Source: Catajapyx aquilonaris (taxonomy: Eukaryota). Taken from it: a stretch of 59,286 bases of DNA. The translations under genes and the position numbers were made by a program. The stretch lies in contig JYFJ02002321.1 of assembly GCA_000934665.2 (NCBI GenBank), forward strand, positions 1 to 59,286, read 5' to 3'. Below the pieces are notes generated by a model that saw only the letters and a list, made by a program, of their open reading frames with translations, had not been told where the DNA came from and made no database searches. This document shows, in pieces, positions 23,828 to 37,858 of this stretch (the first letter of the stretch is position 1; every line of letters starts with the position of its first letter).

Positions 23828-24236
23828 GGCCCTGCAGGTCACTCAGTCACCAACGTTGGAGGGTCTGCCAAGAGGTACATTCAGATGTGCCCTACACTTC
23901 AAAACAAAGGCCTACTCTTGACTCTCACACATGAGCCGTCCTTTGACAGTACTGAGCAAGTGAGCATGCCCTGTACATCAACCCTAGTTACCTGTACTCA
24001 CCCTAGTGTAATTATACGTCTCATACACTTTAAAATTTGAAGATTCCAGAGCGTTCCAGAGCATGTGGGACTCATCACATATTATGGCGACAGATGGCAG
24101 CACTGGACGTTAAGAACTGTTCTCAATGCCAGCCGCTCGAACGGGCCCTGAGAAAATTAATCGAAGAAGATGGCCGTCAACTTCAGGAAATAAATCTGCG
24201 ATTTTTGGTGGTCATTTGTGCTTGTTTTCCGATCGA

Positions 24237-26682
24237 ATGGCTTCGAGGGTGGTCCAGATGGAAGCTGCGACGGATGGGCAGATGGACTCCCTCCATCTGG
24301 AGACGGTGGGTGGCCTACAAGGTCGGAAGATGGTCTGATCGATATTATATTTGCTCCATTTCTCTCAATTTATTCAGGGCCAGCCTCTGAGTGATGGACC
24401 ACTTCATGTTTATGTTAAAGAGGAAGCTGCTGGACAAGACTGGGAACCGTCCACTTCGGAGGTGCTGAAGGTGGAAGTAAAGGTGGAGCCGGACCTTTCA
24501 TTTCATTGCGATCAGTTCGACGTACACGGTGGGGATCATGTAGGTGATCAACCAGTTGCGCTAGAGCGCAAGGGCATTAATTGAATATTCATACTCTAGA
24601 CCACACCAGAGCTTGACAAGAGTGTCGGACCATTCAAGTTGGATGAGGTGAAGATAGAGGCGGCTGAGGAGGAAGAGGATGTGAATTACGATCCACTTGA
24701 AGTTATCAATTGCATTTCGGTTGGAAATGCAGTTCAAGTGAGTGAACCGCTGTGTTGATCTAATAATGCTGTCAAATTTCATCGGTTTTTACTTACTCGT
24801 AACTCTTGTTGTTCATTATAATTATGTGCACATGGCTTGAGAGGACTGTCATTGACATACCATTTGCACTACATGGGCACGGCCCTTTAAAAATGATCCA
24901 CGGATCATTTTTAAAGGGCCGTGCCCAAAACTGCAGTTTTTCCGTGTGTTAAGTGGCAGTGTTTTGAGTGTAGTTCGTTGGTTTAATGTAATTTTGATGC
25001 CACCTTCAGCAGTGCAAGCCTAGTGGCTGACACATAATTCGTGTTCCGGGAGTGATCACATTCATCTCTATCTCCTCCCTTGTGCAGTTGACCATTATGA
25101 ATGGGTTTTTTTCATGTCGATGTTGTTCCTCATTCCGTAACAGGGATATAATCTTTCCTCTTAATTTTAGGATTCCATGATAGAGCCGCATGTAATTGAG
25201 AGTATGGCTGGAGATAGCTGGGGGCATTTGTCAACCTCTCTGGTATCAGAAGTGGATGAAGAGGAGCAGATGCATGTCAGGAACTTTCTGATGCAACCGA
25301 GGGACACACTCAAACCTGACAAAAGTGACTCCTTGGCAAGTGAAAAGGTGGGTGTAGTGTCATTATAATGTTAGCTGAATAAGTGTATGGGTATAATGTA
25401 TGACGAGCAATGATTTTCATTGAGTATGAAGTACACATGCTGTACGCATGATTCCCCATCATAATATGGTTCAACCGGATTTTATATTTGTGAAATGCTG
25501 TATAGATTTAACCCTGTACCGCACGTTGTGACCCTCATCCATCATTATGGAGTGGTCCTAGTGCACTTGTGCAGGTAATGAACCCAACTGATTTGATTTG
25601 TACATTACATGTAGAGTTTACTGCACAATTATTCATTGATGAGCATCTGTTACTGTTCTAATCTTTTAAGTACTTTCCATTACAAGAGAGGTGAACAATG
25701 TCATTTACTTGAGGAAACTGAAGTTATGTTTTAATTGATCTTTCAGGGAGAGCCACGGAAACCTGATGACATCAATACGCAGAATTCAGACCTGGTGCAA
25801 AGAATCAGGAAGATACTTCCTGAAGGGCATCAGTTTAGTTGTGAAGTTCTTCGTAAAAAATCTAGTCATACACCTTTTTTCCAAATTTATGTGAAAGAAA
25901 AATGCAAAAAAGCCCACTTTTGCGACGTCTGCCATAAAGAATTTAAATCTGCACATAATATGAAACAACATGTGAAAGTTCACACGGGCGAGAAACCATA
26001 TAGTTGCCCAATATGCCAGAGAACATTTACTCACTCGAGTCATGTGAAAAGACACCTACAAACGCACTCAGCGGAGAAACCATTCGGTTGTGATATGTGC
26101 CAGAAATCTTTTCGCGAAGAAAGTAGTTTGAGATTGCATGTGAAAGTACACACAGGCAACAAGCCATATGTTTGCAAAATTTGCAATAAAAGTTACACCC
26201 ACAGAAGTGGTTTATCTGTGCACCGGAGAATGCACACAGGTGAGAAACCTTTCAGTTGCGAATACTGCTTTAAAAAGTTCCCATTGTCAAGTAATTTGAA
26301 AACGCACATTATGAGTATGCACACTAAAACAAAACCTTACAGTTGCCAACTTTGCCCTAGGAAGTTCGCCACACTAGGTTCATTGAATTCTCACATTAAA
26401 GATCACAATGGAGTTAAACGATTCACCTGTGAACATTGCCTGAAGAAGTTCAGCCTTCCAGGTCTTCTGAGAGCTCATATGAGAACTCACACTGAAGAAA
26501 AGCCATTTCATTGCACGGTTTGCGATGAAAGGTTCATTCGTGAAATCAACTTAAATTGGCACATGAACAAGCACACGGGGAAAATGACGTTTAACTGCCA
26601 CGATTGCCATAAAAAGTTTGCTTCCCTCAATTCGTTGGAAGATCACAGACGAATACATCTTGAGGAGAAATTGAGCGTATAG
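24237..26682 (+). CDS. Cassette copy 5: intact acidic-exon C2H2 zinc finger protein, 9 fingers, predicted 493 aa
   Basis: Phase-0 exons 24237-24305, 24378-24539, 24600-24737, 25171-25347, 25747-26682; no stops; HTGEKP-type linkers. Confidence 0.88.
24874..24927. repeat. Perfect 26-bp-arm palindrome in intron
   Basis: tgggcacggccctttaaaaatgatcc-ac-ggatcatttttaaagggccgtgccca. Confidence 0.9.
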
Positions 26683-27007
26683 GCAATTCACGGAGAGCGT
26701 TACGACGTATAAAACGTATTGTAAGGAAATTGTGATTATTAAATGCTAAAATGTATAAATAATGGGTCCACATTTTTGTGCCATTATTTCCCCACTATTT
26801 CAGCAATATATTGTGCACATTATTGTTACAATAATAAAAGTCATTTATTGTAGGTGTGACAACAATGGAACTGTAATGCAGGGAATACAGTAGAACAGTT
26901 CTTTGAGAGCCAGCGACTCGAACGCGTCCCAAACAGCTGAGCAAAAATGGCCGCCTTTTGAGTAGGAAGCAGCCTTTTTGTGGTACTTTCCTCTGGTTGA
27001 TTTGGAC

Positions 27008-27808
27008 ATGGATGCTGGACCGGTGCAGGAGGATGGCCTGATCCATCCGGATGAGATGAAGATTGAAATCAAGATTGAGGAGGAGGAGGAAATGTATGAT
27101 TATGATCAGCTGGGCGGTGCGGCTGAATCAGGTGATCAAGATCAGGTGAGATTGTCTCTTGCGCTGAAGATTGACTGTCATAATTAATTAAAATTTTTTT
27201 GCTCTAGGCCATTCAAGATCATGATCAGATGAACCTGTCACCAGCACGCAGCGGGACGGACTCGGAGTTAGACGAGGTGAAGATTGAGGTTACGGAAGAG
27301 GAGGAAGAGCAGATATTTGCTGATCCTCTGAATGTTGATTACAGCAGTTTAACAAGTGATCAAGTTCAGGTGAGTGCATCACCATAACCCTGGAACCGTG
27401 ACGTGGGGTCTTTTAAAGGAATTAAAGTGCAATGATAATTACAATGAATTTTTGCCGTTTAAAAAAGTATATAACAGGAAGTGCATATTTATTTTGAATT
27501 AGCGATCATTTTAGGCATTGTTCAAAGAATAATTGCAAATAGTGTATTTGATAACTGATGCCGATTAGATCAAATTGTGAGCCACCACAGATAAGTCCAT
27601 TTGAGCTTATGATGTGTGTATGATGAAGGGACCATAGGTTACCATAATTACTAATAGCCTTGCTCAAAATTGTTTCAGATTTTAACACCACCGCTATCAA
27701 ATGTCGTTGATTAACTCTAATTCACATTTAAGGGTGTGCAACATGAATCTGGTGAGGGTTTGAAGAAGGCAGTCCCTGTGCAAGAAAGGAGGAAGTCAGC
27801 TAAACGAG
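27008..27808 (+). CDS. Cassette copy 6: acidic exons and start of the former zinc finger exon (finger array lost)
   Basis: Exons 27008-27145, 27208-27369 and from 27733, co-linear with copy 7 (30803). The finger exon is interrupted by a hairpin at ~27842 and truncated after EKCFSCPVCQE at ~28005. Confidence 0.7.
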
Positions 27809-27841
27809 GTAATTTGAGGAAAGGCCTGCAGACATGCACAG

Positions 27842-27966
27842 CGCTGCCGTCGGATGTAAGAAGAACGTAACTCGAAAACTTTGAAGGGTGAATGTCGCAT
27901 GGCATGAATGCGACTTTCACCCCTTTTAGTTTTTGAGTTACGGTCTTCTTACATCTGACGGCAGGG
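27842..27966. mobile_element. ~125-bp hairpin insertion in the first zinc finger linker
   Basis: ctgccgtcggatgtaagaagaacgtaactcgaaaac / gtttttgagttacggtcttcttacatctgacggcag arms. Removal restores ACA GCG GAG AAG TGC TTC, matching ACA GTG GAG AAG CGC TTT in copy 7. Confidence 0.8.
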
Positions 27967-28005
27967 CGGAGAAGTGCTTCAGTTGCCCTGTTTGTCAGGA
28001 AAACG

Positions 28006-30540
28006 AGGTGAAATTGTGCCACTGTTGTTTTATGTCATTTCATTGATTTTCATGTGTTGCAGTGACGGGAAGAGTTTACCAGAAGAAGATCGATGGGAGG
28101 CCTTATAAAAACTGGTCAGAAGACACTTTAGAACTGGCTTTAGAAGAAATCAAGGCTAAAAAGATCTCGCTTCGGGAAGCAGCGGTTAAGTAAGTGCAGG
28201 TTAAATGCTTTCCTTTTTGTTTTGACTTACAAAATATGAGCATGTTTGTTATGTATTTCGATTGTAGTGTAACATTTGCCACTTCTTCTGTAGTGTTTAT
28301 GTGACCAATTTGGTGTCTTTTCTCCAGATATGGAATCCACCGAAATACTCTAAACAACAGACTACATGGGCGATGTACAAGGAAGACAGGTGGGCAGACA
28401 GCACTTTCAGCTGACGAGGAGAAGATAATTGTGTCACATGTGATCACATTATCAACTTTCGGCTTCCCTGTTACTGCTCTTGATCTGCGCTTATTCATAA
28501 AATCTTACCTTACAAGGATAGATCGTACAGTAAAACAGTTTAACAACAACTTACCTGGAAAGGAATGGGCTACTCTGTTTCTCAAGAGGCATGAAAAAGA
28601 ATTAACCGCTAGAGTGCCTCAGGTCATTTCGCGCTCACGAGCTGCTCTTGATAGCACATATATCGATGACTTTTTTGATGTTATTGTGAAGGAGCTTGAG
28701 GGAATCCCCCCTGATAACATTTGGAACTATGATGAGTCCAATCTTCAGGACAATCCTGGCTTAAAGAAATTTATAGTGAAGAGGGGTGTTAAACATCCTG
28801 AAATGATAAAAAACTCCACAAAAGTGTCAATGTCCGTCATGATGTGTGGGAATGCAGCAGGAAGTTTGGCTCCCCTTTACGTTACCTATCAGGCAGAGAG
28901 TTTGTACAACTGCTGGATGGAAGGCGGGCCTCCGGGAACACGTTATAACCGATCAAGAAGCGGTTGGTTTGACGCTGCAGTGTTTGAAGATTGGTTTGAG
29001 TTCCTATTGCTGCCGATTTTGAAGAAACAGACCGGCCAAAAGGTGTTGGTCGGGGACAATCTAAGCTCCCACCTTAACTATCATGTGATTTCCCTTTGCC
29101 ATGAGAATAACGTAAAGTTTATAGCCCTTCCACCTCACTCAACGTGTTTGCAACCACTGGGTGTGGCCTTTTCTCGCCACATGAAAGGGGCATGGAAGTC
29201 TATTTTGACACGATGGAAGAAAACAGACGAAGGAATTAAAAAGCCGACCCTTCCCAAGACTGTATTCCCTCGTTTGCTAAATGATTTGATGGTGAAGTTG
29301 CTAGACAGAAGTTCTGCAAATTTGATATATGGATTCCAAACTTGTGGAATTTATCCGCAGGATCGAACAGTTATTCAAAATAAACTGTGCAACAGTGTCA
29401 GTGAATCATCAGGTAACCACGTTCAAAATGTAAGTGAGGCTTTTTTGGATGAAATGAGCAGAAAAACCTGCTCAACACTAGGGAGGAAAAGGAAAAAAGT
29501 GAATGTGCCGCCAGGTAAAGGCATTACAGCCGAAGATGTAGCACCACTATCATCTGAACAATCTCAACCCTCCACTTCGAAGAAGAGCAACTCTAAAAAA
29601 CATCCACCGACAGGAAAAGACACTAGGAAGAAGAAAAAGCATTTGAACCACTTTGAAGACTTTTCAGATGATGAGTTTGAGTTCCCATGTGCGGATGTGG
29701 GTGCACTAATGAATTTCCTGCAAGATGACGTTGGGGATCCACCAGCAGTTGAGAATGGATAACACCTCCAACCCATGAGTGCCATTGAAGAACTTAAACC
29801 AAACCATGGCCAACAGGAATGAACCAACTTACCAGTGGAGCAAGGACTGATGGACAGTGATATCGGTATTACCGAAGAACCAACAGTTGCTGTCTAATAT
29901 GGCGGATGTTTGTACAGTATTCAGGAAATTTTTTGACAATATTGGATGAGACAGGTGAGGCCAACTATTTCGGACGGACACACACACAAAAAAAGGGAAA
30001 ATACATAAAAGATCTAGTGAAAAGGAATATAATTCCATTTTTAAAAAGTGGTAGTAACGTCCTCATAGTAGGCATGAACCCAGCATGAACCATTAGATTT
30101 CAAAGTTTTGCTGACTTTTTTGCATTTAATTTTTACCCATGTAGCCATCTTCATAGGTTTCCACAATTTCTATTGCCTTCAGTTAGTAGCATTGTTAATA
30201 TTTCGTTTCAAATTGTTGTCAGTTCCTATATTTTGTTCTCGTACCATTGTCCGTTCCGTAAAGGTTGTTAAAAGTTTATTTCATTGTTGATTCCTTAATA
30301 AAATTAAATGAAGTGTCTTGAATTATTATCATTGTCGTACCGGTCGTACTACCTATCCTCAATATTTTAAAACAATATTTTTTTCTTCTTCGTATTTTTC
30401 TTTAACAATTTTTTTTTCATGCTGATGATGCTCATTTTTTCTACAGGAAGACTGGTGAGAATGTGCCAAAAACGCAATTTCTCTTCATTTCAAGCTAGTC
30501 TGGCACAATCTCACCCCACTCGATGGGATGATGTGCTACA
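28006..30540 (+). mobile_element. Truncated pogo-like transposon body
   Basis: Subterminal-type motif gtga(a/g)a(t/a)tgtgcca at ~28008 and ~30455, and inverted (tggcacaatctcac) at 30501; TA|CAGGAAGACTGGTGAGAATGTGCCA end-like fragment at ~30444. No intact TIR pair found, so boundaries are approximate. Confidence 0.55.
28063..29762 (+). CDS. pogo/Tigger-family (HTH_psq + CENP-B HTH + DDE_1) transposase, own start lost, catalytic Asp mutated
   Basis: Exon 28063-28189 (ACG in place of ATG, GRVYQKK..YKNWSEDTLELALEEIKAKKISLREAAVK); intron GTAAGT..TCTCCAG; exon 28328-29762 (YGIHRNTL, FGFP, PGKEW, WNYDES, LVGDNLSSH, and LQPLGVAF where QPLDV is expected). Confidence 0.9.
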
Positions 30541-30802
30541 AAGAAAATAATGTCTCCCCTCTCTTTAGCATGTAATACATCTTTATTTGAAAAAATATAT
30601 ACAGTGTTTCGTTTATTCAAATAATTACCTACTGTATCGGAGAATACGGTAGATTTCACTGTGAACTGTTCATTCTGCCAGCGACTCGAACGCACCCCCA
30701 AACAGCTGAGCAAAGATGGCCGCCGTCTCCTCTTTGGAGTGAGATCATCTTAGCCGCTTTTGTCGTCTTCTCCTGGTTGATTGCGGTTGAGTGTGATCGG
30801 AC

Positions 30803-32605
30803 ATGGATGCTGAGCCGGTGCAGGAGGATGCCTTGCTTCATCCGAAAGCGGAAATCAAGATGGAGGAGGAAGAACTGTATGATTATGATCAGCTGGGCCT
30901 AGGAGGTGGAACTGAATCAGATGATCAAGATCAGGTGGGACTGTCTGTTGCGCTGAAGAGCTGCAATTATTGAGTGTCATAAATTTTTTATTCTAGCCCA
31001 TGCAAAGTCATGATCTGATGCTACCGTCACCAGCACACAGCGGGACGGACTTAGATGAGGTGAAGATTGAAGTTCGGGAAGAGGAGGAAGAGCTGATATG
31101 TGATGATCCGCTGAATGTTGACTATTGTAATCAGGTTCAGGTGAGTGCATCACAAGGAGAAGGGGAAGAGAGAAGGAGTCGTAAAGGACTTGGGTCACTG
31201 TAATGCCTTTTGAGAAATCAGTATGTTATGAAATTATGCCATATATTCAATTTGACAGAAAGTTGTTGTACAGTACCTGATACATCAAATTTCTGGAGAT
31301 TAAAAAGGGAGCATGGTGGCCATTTTAAAAATGTGACCATAAAGTAGCATAATAATTGCTGAGGCACATCATTTACCGCCAAAAGCGAAAACACAGTAAC
31401 TCCGTAGAAAAGGAGTGAGACTAAAGCTGCGTTTACATGTGAGCAATTTGACGAGTGAAATCTTCGCCGAGGCTGATTTTCGCCTCAAATTGGCTGAGAT
31501 TTTGCTCGTCAAATCGCTCACATGTAAATAGAGCTTTAGTCTCATTGCTTGCCTATGGAGTTACTCTCTTTCGCTTTTTGCGGCAGACATGTACTCGTCT
31601 GTTCAATGTATCCCGGAGTCCTAATGAACTCCCCTCCTTGTGCTGGGGCACGGCACTGACCTTGGTTCCCAGCCATGAATCATCATTTAACACTGCCTGT
31701 ATCAAAATGTCAATGATGAGCTTCGATTCATCTTTAAGGGTGCACAACAGCAAGCTGATGAGAATTTGAAGAAGACAGTCCATGTGCAAATAAGCAGGAG
31801 AGAGTCTACTCAGCCAGATAATTTGAAGGAAGGTCTGCAGCCACACACAGTGGAGAAGCGCTTTAAAAAATGTAGTCAAGCATGTGAAGTTGAAATTCAT
31901 ATGATAACACATGCTGCGGAAAAACCATTTAGTTGTCATTATTGCCAGGAAAAATTTAACCAGGAAGGTGATATGAAAACTCACATGAGGACGCACACTG
32001 AGGAAAAACCATTTAGTTGCCCTCTTTGCAATAAAAAATTTAGTCGACCACACGATGTTAAAATTCATATGAGAACGCATACTGGGGAAAAACCATATAG
32101 TTGTTATATTTGTCAGAAGAAATTTAGCCACACTGGTAATATGAATATCCACATGAAAACACATACTGGGGAAAAGCCATTTAGTTGTCACTTTTGCCGG
32201 AAAAAATTTATCCAGGAGGCTCACATGAAAGCTCACCTGACGACGCACACTGGGGAAAAACCGTATAGTTGTCATTTTTGCCAGAAAAGATTTAGTCAAG
32301 AAAAAGGTGTTAAAACTCACCTGAGAACCCACACTGGGGAAAAACCATATAGTTGTCACCTTTGCAATAAAAAATTTAGCCAGATTGGTCATGTGAAATC
32401 TCACCTGAAGATACATACTGGGGAAAAACCATTTAGTTGTCATGTTTGCCAGAAAAGATTTACTGAAGAAAATAGTATTAAGACTCACATGAGAACCCAT
32501 ACTGGAGAAAAACCATATACTTGTCACCTTTGCAATAAAAAATTTAGCCAGCTAGGTCATGCGAAAGCTCACCTGAAGACACATACTGAGGAAAAAAACA
32601 TGTAG
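30803..32605 (+). CDS. Cassette copy 7: intact acidic-exon C2H2 zinc finger protein, 8 fingers, predicted 380 aa
   Basis: Phase-0 exons 30803-30934, 30997-31140, 31739-32605; highly homogeneous HTGEKP(F/Y)SCHxC repeats. Confidence 0.9.
31425..31535. mobile_element. Harbinger-like MITE in intron (related copy at ~11597-11735)
   Basis: agctgcgtttacatgtgagcaatttgacgag / ctcgtcaaatcgctcacatgtaaatagagct termini, flanked by TAA/TTA. Confidence 0.7.
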
Positions 32606-33130
32606 TTGCCCGTTGAAAGACAAACTTTAGTCACACATGTGATATTTTAAATTCAAATGAGAACACCAACTGGTGAAAAACCATAAGGATACCAATGCTT
32701 GCCGGCAGTGAGATAATTTTTTAAACCTCGTGTATTTTAACACATGAAATGGAAAGTGGCAGAAAAGAAAGAAAAATCACATGAAAACTCACACTGGTGT
32801 GAAACCACAGAGTTTCCATATTTGCCAGAGAAGATTTAGTGTGTCAGGGAGTCTAAAAATTCATATCCAAACCCACACTCAGAGACCATTTGACTCCAGC
32901 AATACTTGCCAGAAAAGGTTTGCCCACAGAAGTAATGGATAACTCATACATATTGACATTCCAATGGCACCAATTAGGTGCATCAGTAGCATCACTAACA
33001 ATTTAGACGTTGTGTAAAATGAGGATCAGCTTGGGAAATATGTACGTAACTTTACTATTTGGGGAAGCACAGTAATTTTGGCCAACAAAATGATCTTGAG
33101 AATTTAAAAAAAAAAAAAGTCACTGTAAGG

Positions 33131-33294
33131 CAGCCGTTCTTAACCTTGGGTGCCCGCACCCCCAGGTGGTGCGAGCAAGGTGCACCTCTGGACTTAGTCT
33201 AACTATGAACTTAATCTATCCTGGTATAGGGGGTGCGCCAAGTACCAACTGTCTTCAAAGGGGTGCGGAGGCACGAAAAGGTTAAGAACCACTG
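33131..33294. mobile_element. hAT (Charlie-like) MITE
   Basis: CAGCCGTTCTTAACCT ... AGGTTAAGAACCACTG termini typical of hAT non-autonomous elements; TSD imperfect. Confidence 0.7.
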
Positions 33295-34032
33295 CTAAGG
33301 TCATTAATATAGGTGTAACTTGTGTGACTTAGAAACACCTGCCATTGTTGACTTTCCACTGGGAAGAATGTTGGTCACTTGTAACTGTATCACTGTAATG
33401 TTGTATAGCACCAAAATTGTGCCCTCTTTCAGTGTTGGATTGAGCACCATTCAATAAACACTTTATAATTTTCTCTGCTTTTTCTCTTTATATGATAAGT
33501 ACACAGTGACTGTAATAATGGCTGTGGCCACATCTGGAAAGAGGAGTGACATATTGCATCTTCTGTAAGACTGTTCAGATTCAGCATCCAACTCTCTCTG
33601 TGTGTGATGTGATTCCATCTTTCCCCCTAACTAGGAACACCAAAATATAAATAATTATTCGGGGGGAAATGAAAACAAACTTAGGTTATGCAATGGAGTG
33701 GTTTATTGAAACGAAATTATAATTGAGAACAAGTGTGCAGAAAGGTGAACTTTGCATGGTAATAAGAGTCGATGTTCTACCAACCTGATGGAATATTTTC
33801 CTCGAGCACTTTCCCATTTTGACGAATCCCGTGCAGTTTGGTATCCTCCTGTTCACCTTAGCTGATTAACCAACAATTGGTAACAGCAGCTCTTGACCCC
33901 ACTAATATGCAACCCCGATATGAAGATGGTGCAGGCAAGGGTGGTGAGTATTGAAGGGTGACAAGTGCAAAAAGTCATTGCTGGTAGTTTATCTGGGTCT
34001 GATCATCATGGCTGCACTTTGGGTGGTTCCAC

Positions 34033-36718
<2,686 letters not shown>

Positions 36719-37858
36719 ATACAAGGGGAGGGGGGGAGGTCTAGTCATTGAGGTTATTTAATTTCGTCACAGGCCGAAATGTAGCCTACCATCTTATAAA
36801 ATGTGTCAAATAATTATATAATGTGACAAAATTTACTATGCGTTAATATGGTATCGACATGCCTCTACCCACTCTGTGATTTTTGCCAGAGTTACCGGAA
36901 CCACATAACTTGACATGTAGCCTACTGTACTGAGTTTTATTTTGTCATCACAGAGTAATATATTGTGTGATTGGAAATGACATAACCAGAAAAAAAGGTG
37001 TTGCAAAGAACAACAACACGTGGTACTACAGTACTAATGTAAATATGCCATCCCCTCTGAATGTTTGTGATTAACACATCATGCCTAAAGCAGCATGATG
37101 TGGTATCACAAACATTCAGACATTTCAGAGGGGGTGACATATTTACAACTTGTATTAACAGAAAACTACTAAACCTTACCCGTGTACACTCACAAATGTT
37201 TCCTCTCTAAAACCCCCAAATTTTTTCTCTAAATTGTTGGTCTGGGGTTTAGGGTTGAAAATTACCTGAAAATAGCGCAAAACTTTTTTTTACCTAATTA
37301 CTGTTTAATTAAGTCCATAAATTTCGACCGTATTTTGGTACATCCTGTAATAATAACTTTAAGATCGAAATAAGTGACTGCGAACCTCATTAAATTAGCG
37401 CCATAGTTTTCAATCTCATTTTTGTCTCTCGATTATACGTATAGTTTATAGACGCATTGTTGGCAATGGAAGCTGACTTTTTGTTGGGAAAATCCTGATG
37501 GACTGGTCCGAAAGTGACGCAGCGTCCCCTTGTGACGCCGTTTGTATGTTTTATAAAAGGTCTTCCGGGGCTGTGGGGGACAAGAAGGAAAAAGGAGGGC
37601 TGGAGCTGTACCTCTGCCAAAAATCCTGTAATAGCCGGGCTGCCCTCGAGGACAGGTCTTGGCACACGAGCCAGAAACTACTATCTCTTTGTGCGTATCG
37701 CGTGTCAAAGCATTTACGGGCCTTCTGCACACTCGGCGTATATTGTTCGTCATACACACCTTATTTATTTTCTTAAAAAAAAGCGTATAGGCCCAAGTGG
37801 GAGGCCACCTGGAGCACCAGGCGATTATTATTATTTTTGCTGGCAACCTTTAAGAGAT

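Noticed and set aside
23293..23934. 213-aa Ser/Pro-rich plus-strand ORF
   Set aside because: Antisense of the Glu-rich exon of the minus-strand ZNF pseudogene.
27369..28065. Direct splice of cassette exon 2 to the transposon acceptor
   Set aside because: A phase-0 join reads TGA immediately; only the phase-1 donor at 27808 gives an in-frame fusion.
31553..32527. 324-aa minus-strand repetitive ORF (TTKWFFPS repeats)
   Set aside because: Antisense reading of the C2H2 finger array, a common artefact.
33730..33975. Candidate final exon of the FReD gene
   Set aside because: Minus-strand translations lack the FSTxDxDND / GGWW motifs expected for the FReD C-terminus.
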